Below are positions 27,250-36,401 of a DNA stretch of 58,943 nucleotides, in pieces. The stretch comes from a virus. Lineage: Duplodnaviria; Caudoviricetes. The position numbers were made by a program, and so were the translations under genes. The notes beneath the pieces were generated by a model. That model did no database searches and was not told where the DNA came from. It saw nothing but the letters and a program-made list of their open reading frames with translations. Location of the stretch: the IMG/VR virus record IMGVR_UViG_3300028883_000054, positions 1-58,943 of that record. The stretch is one strand, 5' to 3'. Each line of letters begins with the position of its first letter. Position 1 is the first letter of the stretch.

Positions 27250-28749
27250 TTAATTCACAAAGCCCGGAAAGTATACATCAAGACTTCGTTTTTTGCCATG
27301 CAATAAATACGACGCGTTTTCATCATCTGATGCCGGATAGGTGTACATCTTTCCTATATACTCATCCTGAAAATTCGCGTGAGCCCAACGAAAATACGCA
27401 TTAATTTCGTTGTATAGTTCGGTTCGTGATATTTGTGGTGATCCGATCACGTATGGAGTAAATGAATCAAGATAAAAATCAGGATTAAATGAAAAAATGC
27501 GAATATTGCCGGTCAGCATCTGTCCGATGTGTGCGATTTCATGAGGAAGAACGGTAAGAATCGCTTCAATCACCGAACAAGGTTGATCAAATGTCATATT
27601 AATAATATCATTACTACACAACGAATATAACTTATTAAAACTATATGACGTTGCCCCGGTATCGGTCACGCCTGCGCCACCGACATCGACATCACTCGAT
27701 GTTAAGTCGGTATAATCGACCAGCAAATTATAAACGATCTCCGGTACGGTCAAGCCTCTGAAATTCACAGCGACACGAAAGTCAAGCGAATCACCTTCCG
27801 CGATTGTACCGCCCCACGATGCACTTGCGATATACATATATGAGTCGGTCGCGTCTGTATGTGTATAGAAATTTGAAGCAGTAGATCCATTATATTCGTT
27901 ACCGTCCGGATCAGTTAATACAAATCGATATGTTCCAACGGATCCGGCGCCAATTTTGATATTCCAATCACCAATCGGGCATCCCGCATAAGTAGTTACT
28001 CCGGATAACGTTGTTGTATCACTTGATCCCCAACGGAACGACGTGACGTAATTTCCACCAAAATCGATATAATCGGTGGTATGTGTCAATCCTGTAATAA
28101 CTTTAAGCGGAGTATCGAGCACATCAACAAGTAGATTTGTTATTTTGAGCGTGGCTCTTTTCCCGTCCCACTGAAACGGTTCTTTGATAATGCCCTTGAA
28201 AATTGTAAGTGAATTCGCGTTGCCGTCGAGTTTAAGAATGACATTGCATTGCTTTCCCATAAGTGGGAACGTTGAAACAATCGAACCAGCATTGTAAACA
28301 TTTGCAGGACCAGCCGCCCATCCGATAGAATTCGCTGCGGCGGAGTTGAGTGTAATTGCTTCGCTATTTGTGCCATCCGAAAACCATACTTTATCAGTTG
28401 ATTCAAATTCACCTAAGCCGGCGCGCAGGTCACAGGGATTATTAGTTGTGTCTTCATCTAAGACGCGCTGAATGATTCTAAATGCGTTTGTTTTAACAAC
28501 TAATGTCGAATAGACTTGATTTGGATCGGCAAATGAAAGTTGAATGTCTTTAAGCAATAATTGATTTGAATAATTTGGATCAATGTCGATACCTGATACG
28601 ATGTCACTCATACCGATCAATCCGTCCTCAGCATTCAACGTGAAATTCTCCCCGCTCGGATCAATATTAACCTCGAGATATGGTCTACATCCCTGCGGAT
28701 TGTCGAGTAAAGCTAACCAACCAGCTGGTAAATTTGTTGTATCACTCAT
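27250..28749 (-). CDS. tail tip / baseplate hub protein
   Basis: second gene after tape measure; IF.G.I and PEIVY.LL hub-like motifs. Confidence 0.7.
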   Translation of the reverse strand: MSDTTNLPAGWLALLDNPQGCRPYLEVNIDPSGENFTLNAEDGLIGMSDIVSGIDIDPNYSNQLLLKDIQLSFADPNQVYSTLVVKTNAFRIIQRVLDEDTTNNPCDLRAGLGEFESTDKVWFSDGTNSEAITLNSAAANSIGWAAGPANVYNAGSIVSTFPLMGKQCNVILKLDGNANSLTIFKGIIKEPFQWDGKRATLKITNLLVDVLDTPLKVITGLTHTTDYIDFGGNYVTSFRWGSSDTTTLSGVTTYAGCPIGDWNIKIGAGSVGTYRFVLTDPDGNEYNGSTASNFYTHTDATDSYMYIASASWGGTIAEGDSLDFRVAVNFRGLTVPEIVYNLLVDYTDLTSSDVDVGGAGVTDTGATSYSFNKLYSLCSNDIINMTFDQPCSVIEAILTVLPHEIAHIGQMLTGNIRIFSFNPDFYLDSFTPYVIGSPQISRTELYNEINAYFRWAHANFQDEYIGKMYTYPASDDENASYLLHGKKRSLDVYFPGFVN

Positions 28750-29166
28750 TTATCGAACCTGTCCATAAAAAGTTAATTTCATCAAATGATCGTAAGCCTC
28801 CATTCCATAATGATATATTTCTTCGTACTGAGGATCCAGGAGGCACTCAAGATATGTCGCGTTATTTATTAAGTATTCATAATAAATTTTGAATTTATAC
28901 GTATTTGCCAAAATAGAGTCAACATCCGTTTTCGTCGCTCGTTTATGGATCCTAAATGTAATATTGATTTGATACCGATCTCTGCTTGCATCTTCATTAA
29001 TTCGATCGAGATCATGCAAAAGCGGATAGATATTTCCGGTCGGTTGGATTTGTTCGAGATCGATTAAAGGAATTACGTCAAGTTCCCTTAATTCATTCTC
29101 TTGAAAATATATCGTCGTCGCATATGCTGCACCATTATAAAGTTCTATTTTGAGGCAATTGTTCAT
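28750..29166 (-). CDS. distal tail (Dit-like) protein
   Basis: immediately downstream of tape measure; size. Confidence 0.6.
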   Translation of the reverse strand: MNNCLKIELYNGAAYATTIYFQENELRELDVIPLIDLEQIQPTGNIYPLLHDLDRINEDASRDRYQINITFRIHKRATKTDVDSILANTYKFKIYYEYLINNATYLECLLDPQYEEIYHYGMEAYDHLMKLTFYGQVR

Positions 29167-32100
29167 CTAAAAATACCTACATTTATTAGATTCCGGTCAC
29201 GCCTGCGCATCCATGATTCCCCTTCATCCTGAAATATTTCCAGTGCCGTATTAATGCCCGGATCATGAACCAGAACCTTGACGTTTTTCCCTTGCCCTTG
29301 AGATCCGAGTATTTCCTTTAGTAATGAAATTACTTCTTTTTGGTCGCCGCCCAGATCCTGAACGTTACCAGACTTAATAAAACTATTCCATTGAGCGGGA
29401 GAAAATTGCGTTGATACATCGCGCGGGATAACGACTTCGCGATCTTGTAAAATCGCCATTAATTCATCATTCGCTAACAGACCGGAATGCGCGTAAACAA
29501 TGCCGCCAGTATGAAAATTAGGAGGTTCTGTTTCATTAAATTGATTATACCATGCCTCAAGATCTTCAAGTTTAAGACCTAATCCAAGTAAAAGCTCCTC
29601 TAAAAAACCAGTATCCATTTCCATCGTTGACATCGCTTGAAAGGCCTCATATATTTCAGATATTAAATCTTGGAATGCCGGTATTGTAACATCCCAATCG
29701 CCTTCAACCTGAAGTTCCCCAAGAAGAGAAACAGCCTGTCCAATCGTATCTTCAATAATTCCCATTAATGGGCCAAAATCAATATAACCACCGAAATATT
29801 CATAACTTTCAAGTATACCCTCCATTAATTTTTCAAGCTCAGTGATCGCGCTTGTTACGCCAGATTTTGCTCCGAGTGCTTCGTTGAGCGCCTCCCATGC
29901 TTCGGTTAAGCCAAGTATCTGGTTTTCTAAATCTTCCGCTTTTTGTGTTAGAACTTCATAGGAATGGGAGCTTGTTTGTCCTCGTCCCTCCATAAGAGAA
30001 AGCTGTACATATAAATCCTCTAATTCTGTTGTTAATGATTCTATTTGTCTTTCATAATCTTCCGCTTTTTGATCTATAATTGCACTCTCAAAATCATGCA
30101 TTGCATTTGTAGCAACATCAATTCTTCCTGCTAATTTTGGAAATTCACTTGAAAATGATTTCAACTGTATGGTATTATCACCAATAAGTGCAGGAGCGTG
30201 CTCGATTAGCAAATAAAACCCCTCCAACGCTACATTGACAGGATTAAAACCGGACATTGCCAGCTGGCTGAGATTATGAACAAGTTGAGACCCGATAGGA
30301 CCAAATGATCCCATAGCCCCGACAACAGACTCCAGCCCTCTTGTAAAGGCTCGAACGTCGGCCTCACTCGATTCAAATTTAAGGGCAACATCTTCTATTG
30401 GTTTTTTAGCATCAATAAATATTTCTGTAGCCATTGCCGTTTCGAGATTCATGTCTTTCAAAGAATCTATGACTTCACGGGAAGCGCCAGTTAGATTAAT
30501 ATTTTCTTTAGCAACCTCTTTTGTAGACTCTAACCATCGTTCAAGAGCATTCGCCGTATTATCTGCCGCCCGGGCTGTCTCGTTTTGCTCTTCTTTTTCA
30601 ATTTTTAAATCGAGGTTATATGCTTTTAAAACCTCATCAAGTTCGGCAATTTCTTTTTCTAATGCTTTTACTTTTTGATGTTTTTCTTCATCGGCTTCCA
30701 AACTCCCAAAAATAGCGTCGGCGGCGGTTTTAACTGCCCCACCAAGGCCTATTTGCTTTGTAGCAACCAATCCCGCTTGGAACCCAACTAATTCCATAGA
30801 TTTAGTATTGGCTAACCATGCCTCTTTTTCTTTTTTTAATTGCTGTTCTAATTCTTTTTTCTGTAATTGAATCTTTTTTGCAATTAATTGTCCGGAGACA
30901 TTATCATATTTAACTAATTCTTCAACCGTAATTCCTAATTGTTCAGATAATTGAGCTTCATATTCCGCTAAAGTTTTGCTTTCTTCAGCACTTAAGTTTT
31001 TCTTACCTTTCAATTCATCATATTTTTTGCCTAAAACAGTTAATTCTTCGGCTTCTTTTGAAATATGGTCATATTGTTTTTTGGCTATTTCCGCATAAGA
31101 TTCGGTTGTTTCACTTAACAACGCAATTGCGGCAACCGCCCCGACGACAATTGCCCCAATAGGCCCAAGAGCTGTAGCCCAAAGAGCTGTAGCGGTTTTT
31201 GCTAATTTTGTGGCAAGCGTGTACGCTTTTATGCCTGCTGTTATCGCTCCGAGAGGTACAATAAAATTAATAAATATAGAAACGACCGATCCAATTGTTT
31301 CGGGATACTTATTTAATGTCTGAAGTAAGTTAGTTAAAAAAGGTAAAAAATTCTTTTGTCCAAAATCAATTAATTCGGCTTGAATAGTATTTCTAAATAA
31401 CTTTAATTGAGATCCAAAATCTTGCATTTTGATGTCAAACGCGGCCATCATTGACCCCTGAGCCTCATACATCATTTTCGTTTTTTCAGCTGCTGAGTCT
31501 GCCAGTTCTCCAGTTATTGAAAAATACCCGACCAGAGCTTCTTTTCGACCGATTAAATCTCCGATCCCTATTCCATATTGCTCAGTATAATCTTTGAGTG
31601 CGAGCATAGCTCCCTGGAGCCCGCCCATTTTTTCAATTAATTCTTGTCCGCTTACGACTCCTAAATTCTCAAAGGCATCTTCAAGGTCGCTTGTTGGTTT
31701 TAATAACGCGGACATCATACCTGTTAATTGAGTCGCCGCCTCGCTTGTTGTCCCTGTGACTCCTGACATCGCCGCCATAATACCAGCGACTTCTTCAAAT
31801 GCGACGCCCATACTCGTCGCAATTGGGATCGCTCCCCCCATCGCTGATGCAAGCTCCGGCATAGTCGTAACGCCTTGTTCAATCGTTTTAAAAACAATGT
31901 TATAGATACCTTCTAACTCTGAATATTCGTATCCATAAGATTTTACAATAGTCGATCCCAATCTAAAGGTTTCGGTTAAACCAGCAACGCCGGCAATCGC
32001 GGCCTTTGATGATAATTCGAGGGCGTTCATTTGTTCTGTTGGAGGAACGGTTGCAGAAACAACATTATACAAACCAGAGGCAAGATCTTCTATTATATCA

Positions 32101-32402
32101 ACAGGCAATTCTCTACCAAGGTCAAGAATCTCTTCTTTATACTGGGCAATACGATCGGCTCCCTGCGGTCCCAATAAAGTATGAACATTACTCATTTTTG
32201 ATTCAAATTCTGAGGCTTGAATCGTTACAAGCCCGAATGTTGCCGCCGCTGCGGCCATCGTAATATTAAGAGCTTGACCAAATTGTTTTGATCTGTTTTC
32301 AGCACTATTTATTGTTCCATCGAAATCCGTTGCATCAGCTCCGATTCGTGCTATAATATCATAAACGCCTGAAGTTTTTCCCAAATCTGTCTCCGTGTCC
32401 AA
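29163..32402 (-). CDS. tail tape measure protein (TP901-type domain)
   Basis: 1079 aa helical; FE..M.NV, LA.GLY...SA, G.TT..ELA, SEAATQL; FHTGG near C-end. Confidence 0.93.
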   Translation of the reverse strand: MDTETDLGKTSGVYDIIARIGADATDFDGTINSAENRSKQFGQALNITMAAAAATFGLVTIQASEFESKMSNVHTLLGPQGADRIAQYKEEILDLGRELPVDIIEDLASGLYNVVSATVPPTEQMNALELSSKAAIAGVAGLTETFRLGSTIVKSYGYEYSELEGIYNIVFKTIEQGVTTMPELASAMGGAIPIATSMGVAFEEVAGIMAAMSGVTGTTSEAATQLTGMMSALLKPTSDLEDAFENLGVVSGQELIEKMGGLQGAMLALKDYTEQYGIGIGDLIGRKEALVGYFSITGELADSAAEKTKMMYEAQGSMMAAFDIKMQDFGSQLKLFRNTIQAELIDFGQKNFLPFLTNLLQTLNKYPETIGSVVSIFINFIVPLGAITAGIKAYTLATKLAKTATALWATALGPIGAIVVGAVAAIALLSETTESYAEIAKKQYDHISKEAEELTVLGKKYDELKGKKNLSAEESKTLAEYEAQLSEQLGITVEELVKYDNVSGQLIAKKIQLQKKELEQQLKKEKEAWLANTKSMELVGFQAGLVATKQIGLGGAVKTAADAIFGSLEADEEKHQKVKALEKEIAELDEVLKAYNLDLKIEKEEQNETARAADNTANALERWLESTKEVAKENINLTGASREVIDSLKDMNLETAMATEIFIDAKKPIEDVALKFESSEADVRAFTRGLESVVGAMGSFGPIGSQLVHNLSQLAMSGFNPVNVALEGFYLLIEHAPALIGDNTIQLKSFSSEFPKLAGRIDVATNAMHDFESAIIDQKAEDYERQIESLTTELEDLYVQLSLMEGRGQTSSHSYEVLTQKAEDLENQILGLTEAWEALNEALGAKSGVTSAITELEKLMEGILESYEYFGGYIDFGPLMGIIEDTIGQAVSLLGELQVEGDWDVTIPAFQDLISEIYEAFQAMSTMEMDTGFLEELLLGLGLKLEDLEAWYNQFNETEPPNFHTGGIVYAHSGLLANDELMAILQDREVVIPRDVSTQFSPAQWNSFIKSGNVQDLGGDQKEVISLLKEILGSQGQGKNVKVLVHDPGINTALEIFQDEGESWMRRRDRNLINVGIFR

Positions 32403-32403
32403 T

Positions 32404-32802
32404 TTAGTTTACCATTTGGATCGGGCCTATACCAAACGGTACATTAAAGATCCCAATTACTTCTTCTTTTTTTTCTTTTTTAGACTTTTCTCTATCGATC
32501 CAATGTTTTATAGGTGGTGTGTCTGGTTTTCTGTTTATATTCGCCAATAATGTACTGACAATATCAGTACAATTTATAAATGTTTCTCTTGTTTTGTGTT
32601 CTTCAGAATCTATTTCATTTAATAATTTTATGTAAATTTCAAATCGATATGGATTTGAAATTTCCTCCCAAAGTTTTGGATCAAATATTGATTTATAATT
32701 GGTGAATCTTTTCCATATTTCTATAACCGCGAGAAGAAAATTAGCTATTTGCTCGTTTTCTCCTGTGAAGCTTCCGTTTTCTCCTCGCTTGAAAAGTTTT
32801 TT
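32404..32802 (-). CDS. tail assembly chaperone -1 frameshift extension (gpT-like)
   Basis: slippery A-AAA-AAC at 32802-32796; -1 frame open 130 codons to TAA 32406-32404. Confidence 0.8.
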   Translation of the reverse strand, partial: KKLFKRGENGSFTGENEQIANFLLAVIEIWKRFTNYKSIFDPKLWEEISNPYRFEIYIKLLNEIDSEEHKTRETFINCTDIVSTLLANINRKPDTPPIKHWIDREKSKKEKKEEVIGIFNVPFGIGPIQMVN

Positions 32803-33314
32803 ACTGATTCTTCTATATCAACATTAAGATCATGAAGCTCAATATACATCTCAAAAACTTTCTTATAGAGTTCAGGATCATTATTGAGGATATAAATAAA
32901 GTTTTTTCGACTCTCCTCGTCTTTTGCAAATAAATATTCTTTCCCATCCTCAACGAAATATAACTTTTCACAAATTACAGTTTTCACCAGTTCATTCCCG
33001 ACCAAAGATCTGGCTAATTGCTCCGCGTAATTTGCAGGTTTATTCTTTTTTGCTTTTTCTTGTGCCTCTGTGTCTTTAATAGCTTTCACTTGCTTTTCAA
33101 ATTCGGTTTCATCGATCGGTTGATTATTATATCCTTTTTCAACTAAAGACTCCATAATCCTTCGATTTAGAGCTTTTTGGTTCATGCTCATTTCGATAGG
33201 ATCCATTTTATATAAGCGGCAAGGGATTAATTGACCGGAAAGTTCAATATCAAAATCAATATAAACTTTGACATCTTTTACGGCATTTTTGAGCAATTCA
33301 GCAGTATTAATCAT
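32745..33314 (-). CDS. tail assembly chaperone (gpG-like)
   Basis: between tail tube and tape measure; slippery site near 3' end. Confidence 0.8.
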   Translation of the reverse strand: MINTAELLKNAVKDVKVYIDFDIELSGQLIPCRLYKMDPIEMSMNQKALNRRIMESLVEKGYNNQPIDETEFEKQVKAIKDTEAQEKAKKNKPANYAEQLARSLVGNELVKTVICEKLYFVEDGKEYLFAKDEESRKNFIYILNNDPELYKKVFEMYIELHDLNVDIEESVKNFSSEEKTEASQEKTSK

Positions 33315-33348
33315 ATCTAAGATCTCCTTTAATATTTAATCATATCAA

Positions 33349-33627
33349 TTATTTTCTATCTTCTAAATTTCTTTTTCTAATATCAAGAACCTCAATTGTA
33401 AGTTCTCGATGTATTTTTTGGATGTCTCGAATTGCAAACTTAATTTCACCATTTTCAATTTCCTGAAGTGGGAGATTTGCTCTATTGTTCCAAACAAACC
33501 GAATAAAGCAATTGTCTTCTACTTCTATAATATAATAACTATCAGGTTCTGTACCTGACAAGCTTAATGCCGCTGTCAGATACAGATCCTGAGTTTCAAA
33601 ACTTTTATTTAAATTTTTAATATTCAT
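33349..33627 (-). CDS. DUF5659-like protein
   Basis: FET.DLYL.AAL...G...F.[FW] motif. Confidence 0.6.
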   Translation of the reverse strand: MNIKNLNKSFETQDLYLTAALSLSGTEPDSYYIIEVEDNCFIRFVWNNRANLPLQEIENGEIKFAIRDIQKIHRELTIEVLDIRKRNLEDRK

Positions 33628-33650
33628 GTCTATTATGTCCTTACAATATT

Positions 33651-34454
33651 TTAGGCATCAACAGCCACGTAGCCGGCAAATATATCCGTTGTCGCTGCCG
33701 GAGCCGCCGTAGCGGTGATTTTGGGAGTCGCCGGAGTAACTGTATAGGTTGCCACTCGTGTCCCGCAATCTTCGCCTGTAAGCTGTTCTTTTATGTAACC
33801 CATATCGACATAATCCCACTCCAGTTGATGCTCGCCAGTCAAAGCCGAAACCATATCCAGGGGAGTTTCTGAAAGGTTAAAATCGACCGCTGCGCCATCA
33901 CCGTCGAACTTATCCAAAACCCAATGAGTATTACTGGGGATCCAAAAAAACGGATATTCGGTATGTAAATTTAAAACGCCCTCAAGCTCTTCCAGTGATC
34001 CCATGTCGTTTTTCCATCCTTTAATCTGGACATCGGGAATAATTAAAGATGCAAGTGCAGTGCTGTTATTATGGTCTCTTGCGATTAATTCGAGATCAAA
34101 AAGAGGATATGACGGGCATTCATTTAAAAGTGCAACCGTTCCGGCATTTGTCCATGTTTGGCCCATAAGTGCCGCGACCAATGTATCCAAATAACCGGGC
34201 AACATTTTAATACTAAAGTCCATCTTCCCACTGTCTTTGATCGTCCTTTTTACGTTTCCACCTCCAAAGTGGAACACGTCTTTTTCCGTAAACGCTCTAT
34301 CTCCGAAACTAATTCCTTGAATACCTTCAATATTCACACTTACCACAGGAGCCGCAACTGCAGCGGCGTGTAAATGATACTTTGCAAGGGTAAACTTGCC
34401 CTTGCGGACGGTATTGCGATCGGGAGCGGCGTGTTGAGTTGTTTTTGCTGTCAT
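33651..34454 (-). CDS. major tail (tube) protein
   Basis: synteny; beta-rich; AAGGAG RBS. Confidence 0.75.
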   Translation of the reverse strand: MTAKTTQHAAPDRNTVRKGKFTLAKYHLHAAAVAAPVVSVNIEGIQGISFGDRAFTEKDVFHFGGGNVKRTIKDSGKMDFSIKMLPGYLDTLVAALMGQTWTNAGTVALLNECPSYPLFDLELIARDHNNSTALASLIIPDVQIKGWKNDMGSLEELEGVLNLHTEYPFFWIPSNTHWVLDKFDGDGAAVDFNLSETPLDMVSALTGEHQLEWDYVDMGYIKEQLTGEDCGTRVATYTVTPATPKITATAAPAATTDIFAGYVAVDA

Positions 34455-34502
34455 TAGGATAATCTCCTTTTCAGATCCAATTCTAATCCATTTTTAGGTT
34501 TT

Positions 34503-34991
34503 TTAAACCGTGAATTCAATTTCAATTTCTGCTCTGTAATTATTAATCGTGTCCGGGATCTCTTGAAATGGTCCCAAGTTTAAAACGGTAATCCCGAACC
34601 AACTCAATGTCTTGTTGCTATATGTCACGCCGCCAAGTTCGACGGTGAATGTCTTCGAATATAATGTTTGAGGATTCTCGAAAGTATTATAAAACGCACT
34701 TTCTAAAACCTGTAACTCCTCATCTCCTCCATGAATGTCGTTCAGCCAAAACCCCACGGTCATAATTAGCCCGCGCTTTTTTAGTCCGCCAAAATGGTTC
34801 ACGTCTAATTGTCCTTGAGGTTTTGGTCTTAATATATATATTGTTTTGTTGGTCAATTCTTTAAATACATTCTCTGATAGTTCTCCAAAAATAACATCGC
34901 AATCGGAGAAACAATCCGTAAACGAATCGATTAATGCTCGAAATACACGTGCGCTATCAAGAATATATCTATTGTCTCGGATCCCACTCAT
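34503..34991 (-). CDS. tail terminator/completion protein
   Basis: synteny before tail tube. Confidence 0.55.
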   Translation of the reverse strand: MSGIRDNRYILDSARVFRALIDSFTDCFSDCDVIFGELSENVFKELTNKTIYILRPKPQGQLDVNHFGGLKKRGLIMTVGFWLNDIHGGDEELQVLESAFYNTFENPQTLYSKTFTVELGGVTYSNKTLSWFGITVLNLGPFQEIPDTINNYRAEIEIEFTV

Positions 34992-35458
34992 GCGAGGCCT
35001 CTTCTCCTAATTTCAAGTAAAATGGCTCTTCCCATACGATTAAAAATCGCCGGCCTGCACTGTTCAACAGCATCTTGGATAAAGCGCCGGGCTTTCATTT
35101 TGTTTGTGCCATAATGCACAAAAATATTATGAGGAGCGACGTGACCGTCACTCCAAATTTTATAAAATCGTTTAAATGCGAATCCAGTTTGCACCATAAG
35201 GGATTTAATTGAATGGGCAAGCCTAATAGATACACGCGGGATTGGAGTGTTACCGATATAGGGACGGGCTTTCTCAATTGATTTTTTATCACCCGGATTA
35301 TAATGAGGACCGGAAACATTCTGAGTTACTTTTTCTTTAACTTCGTCATGCCCCTCAGTTACAATCTGAGGCAATACTTCATTGTAAAGATGCCCCCGAG
35401 TCCCTCCGAGTTTATCCATCCATCTTGTTATATCACTATATTCATTAATTTCAGGCAC
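34988..35458 (-). CDS. HK97 gp10-like neck protein
   Basis: APH..FVHYGT.KM.AR.FI..A motif. Confidence 0.8.
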   Translation of the reverse strand: MPEINEYSDITRWMDKLGGTRGHLYNEVLPQIVTEGHDEVKEKVTQNVSGPHYNPGDKKSIEKARPYIGNTPIPRVSIRLAHSIKSLMVQTGFAFKRFYKIWSDGHVAPHNIFVHYGTNKMKARRFIQDAVEQCRPAIFNRMGRAILLEIRRRGLA

Positions 35459-35915
35459 TTTCTTTCTCCACTAAAATCGCCGCATTGTCTACCACAAAAA
35501 GCACTTTATAATATTTCGAATTCCAAATTATTGTATCGGCATCCAGATCAATCGAATTAAGATCCACCAAAGAATAATCACTTGATTTTATCGGCGGATA
35601 CATAATACAATAATTGTTTTTCATATTACCAATTTTTGATTGGATTCGATTTTTGAGATAATTGGATAAAGTTTCAAGTTCCATTGAAAAGACGGCAATA
35701 ATCCCGGTATCAGTCGATTCACTATCGATTAGTCCGGTTCCTCCGCAATCATCTTCGTCCGGATTAAGACGATGCCACTCAGCGCTATATTGAGATGATC
35801 CATCGCCGCGCGAAGTAAGGCACGGGCACGAAGTCCCTGTAACGTGTCTCCATGTTGCCGAGGATCCGACATCTTCAATATGACGTTTATATATAGTGTC
35901 ATTTAAAAAATTCAT
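35451..35915 (-). CDS. head closure/stopper protein
   Basis: synteny; CPC...C.GTG; D.I.W....Y.V. Confidence 0.6.
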   Translation of the reverse strand: MNFLNDTIYKRHIEDVGSSATWRHVTGTSCPCLTSRGDGSSQYSAEWHRLNPDEDDCGGTGLIDSESTDTGIIAVFSMELETLSNYLKNRIQSKIGNMKNNYCIMYPPIKSSDYSLVDLNSIDLDADTIIWNSKYYKVLFVVDNAAILVEKESA

Positions 35916-35920
35916 TATCT

Positions 35921-36397
35921 TTACCTGAAAAATGATAATATTTTTTCATTACTCGTAAATAGGACATTAGTTAGTGATTCGCCGTCATGATCATAATCAT
36001 CACCACCAACCGCTGAAGCTCCGAAACCAGACCATTCATTATATCCAAGTTCGTTCATTAAAAATTTTACCGATGTTTTTAATTCATCAATAAAATCCTT
36101 TACGTCACCGGATTTAAGAGGCTTAATTTCAATCGGTCCTTCTTTTCCTCCGGGCTTCGGATAAAATATCAAAGAACGACATGCCGCCAGATCAATGGCG
36201 GCCGCTTTAGCGATTACCTTTTCATTTGAATCTAAATCATCGTATTCGTTTGGACCTCCGGAATCGAGCATTTTATTAATCAAGGCAATTGCCACCGGAA
36301 TTTGTCCGGCGCTGTTAAGTACAGTGTCGGACAAATCCAAAGTCGTACATCGGGCAAGACGATTTCTAACTTCCGTTGCTGTTATCGATAATGCCAT
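35921..36397 (-). CDS. head-tail adaptor
   Basis: synteny; IT..EVR...A.I.LAA helical pattern. Confidence 0.6.
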   Translation of the reverse strand: MALSITATEVRNRLARCTTLDLSDTVLNSAGQIPVAIALINKMLDSGGPNEYDDLDSNEKVIAKAAAIDLAACRSLIFYPKPGGKEGPIEIKPLKSGDVKDFIDELKTSVKFLMNELGYNEWSGFGASAVGGDDYDHDGESLTNVLFTSNEKILSFFR

Positions 36398-36401
36398 TGG
36401 C

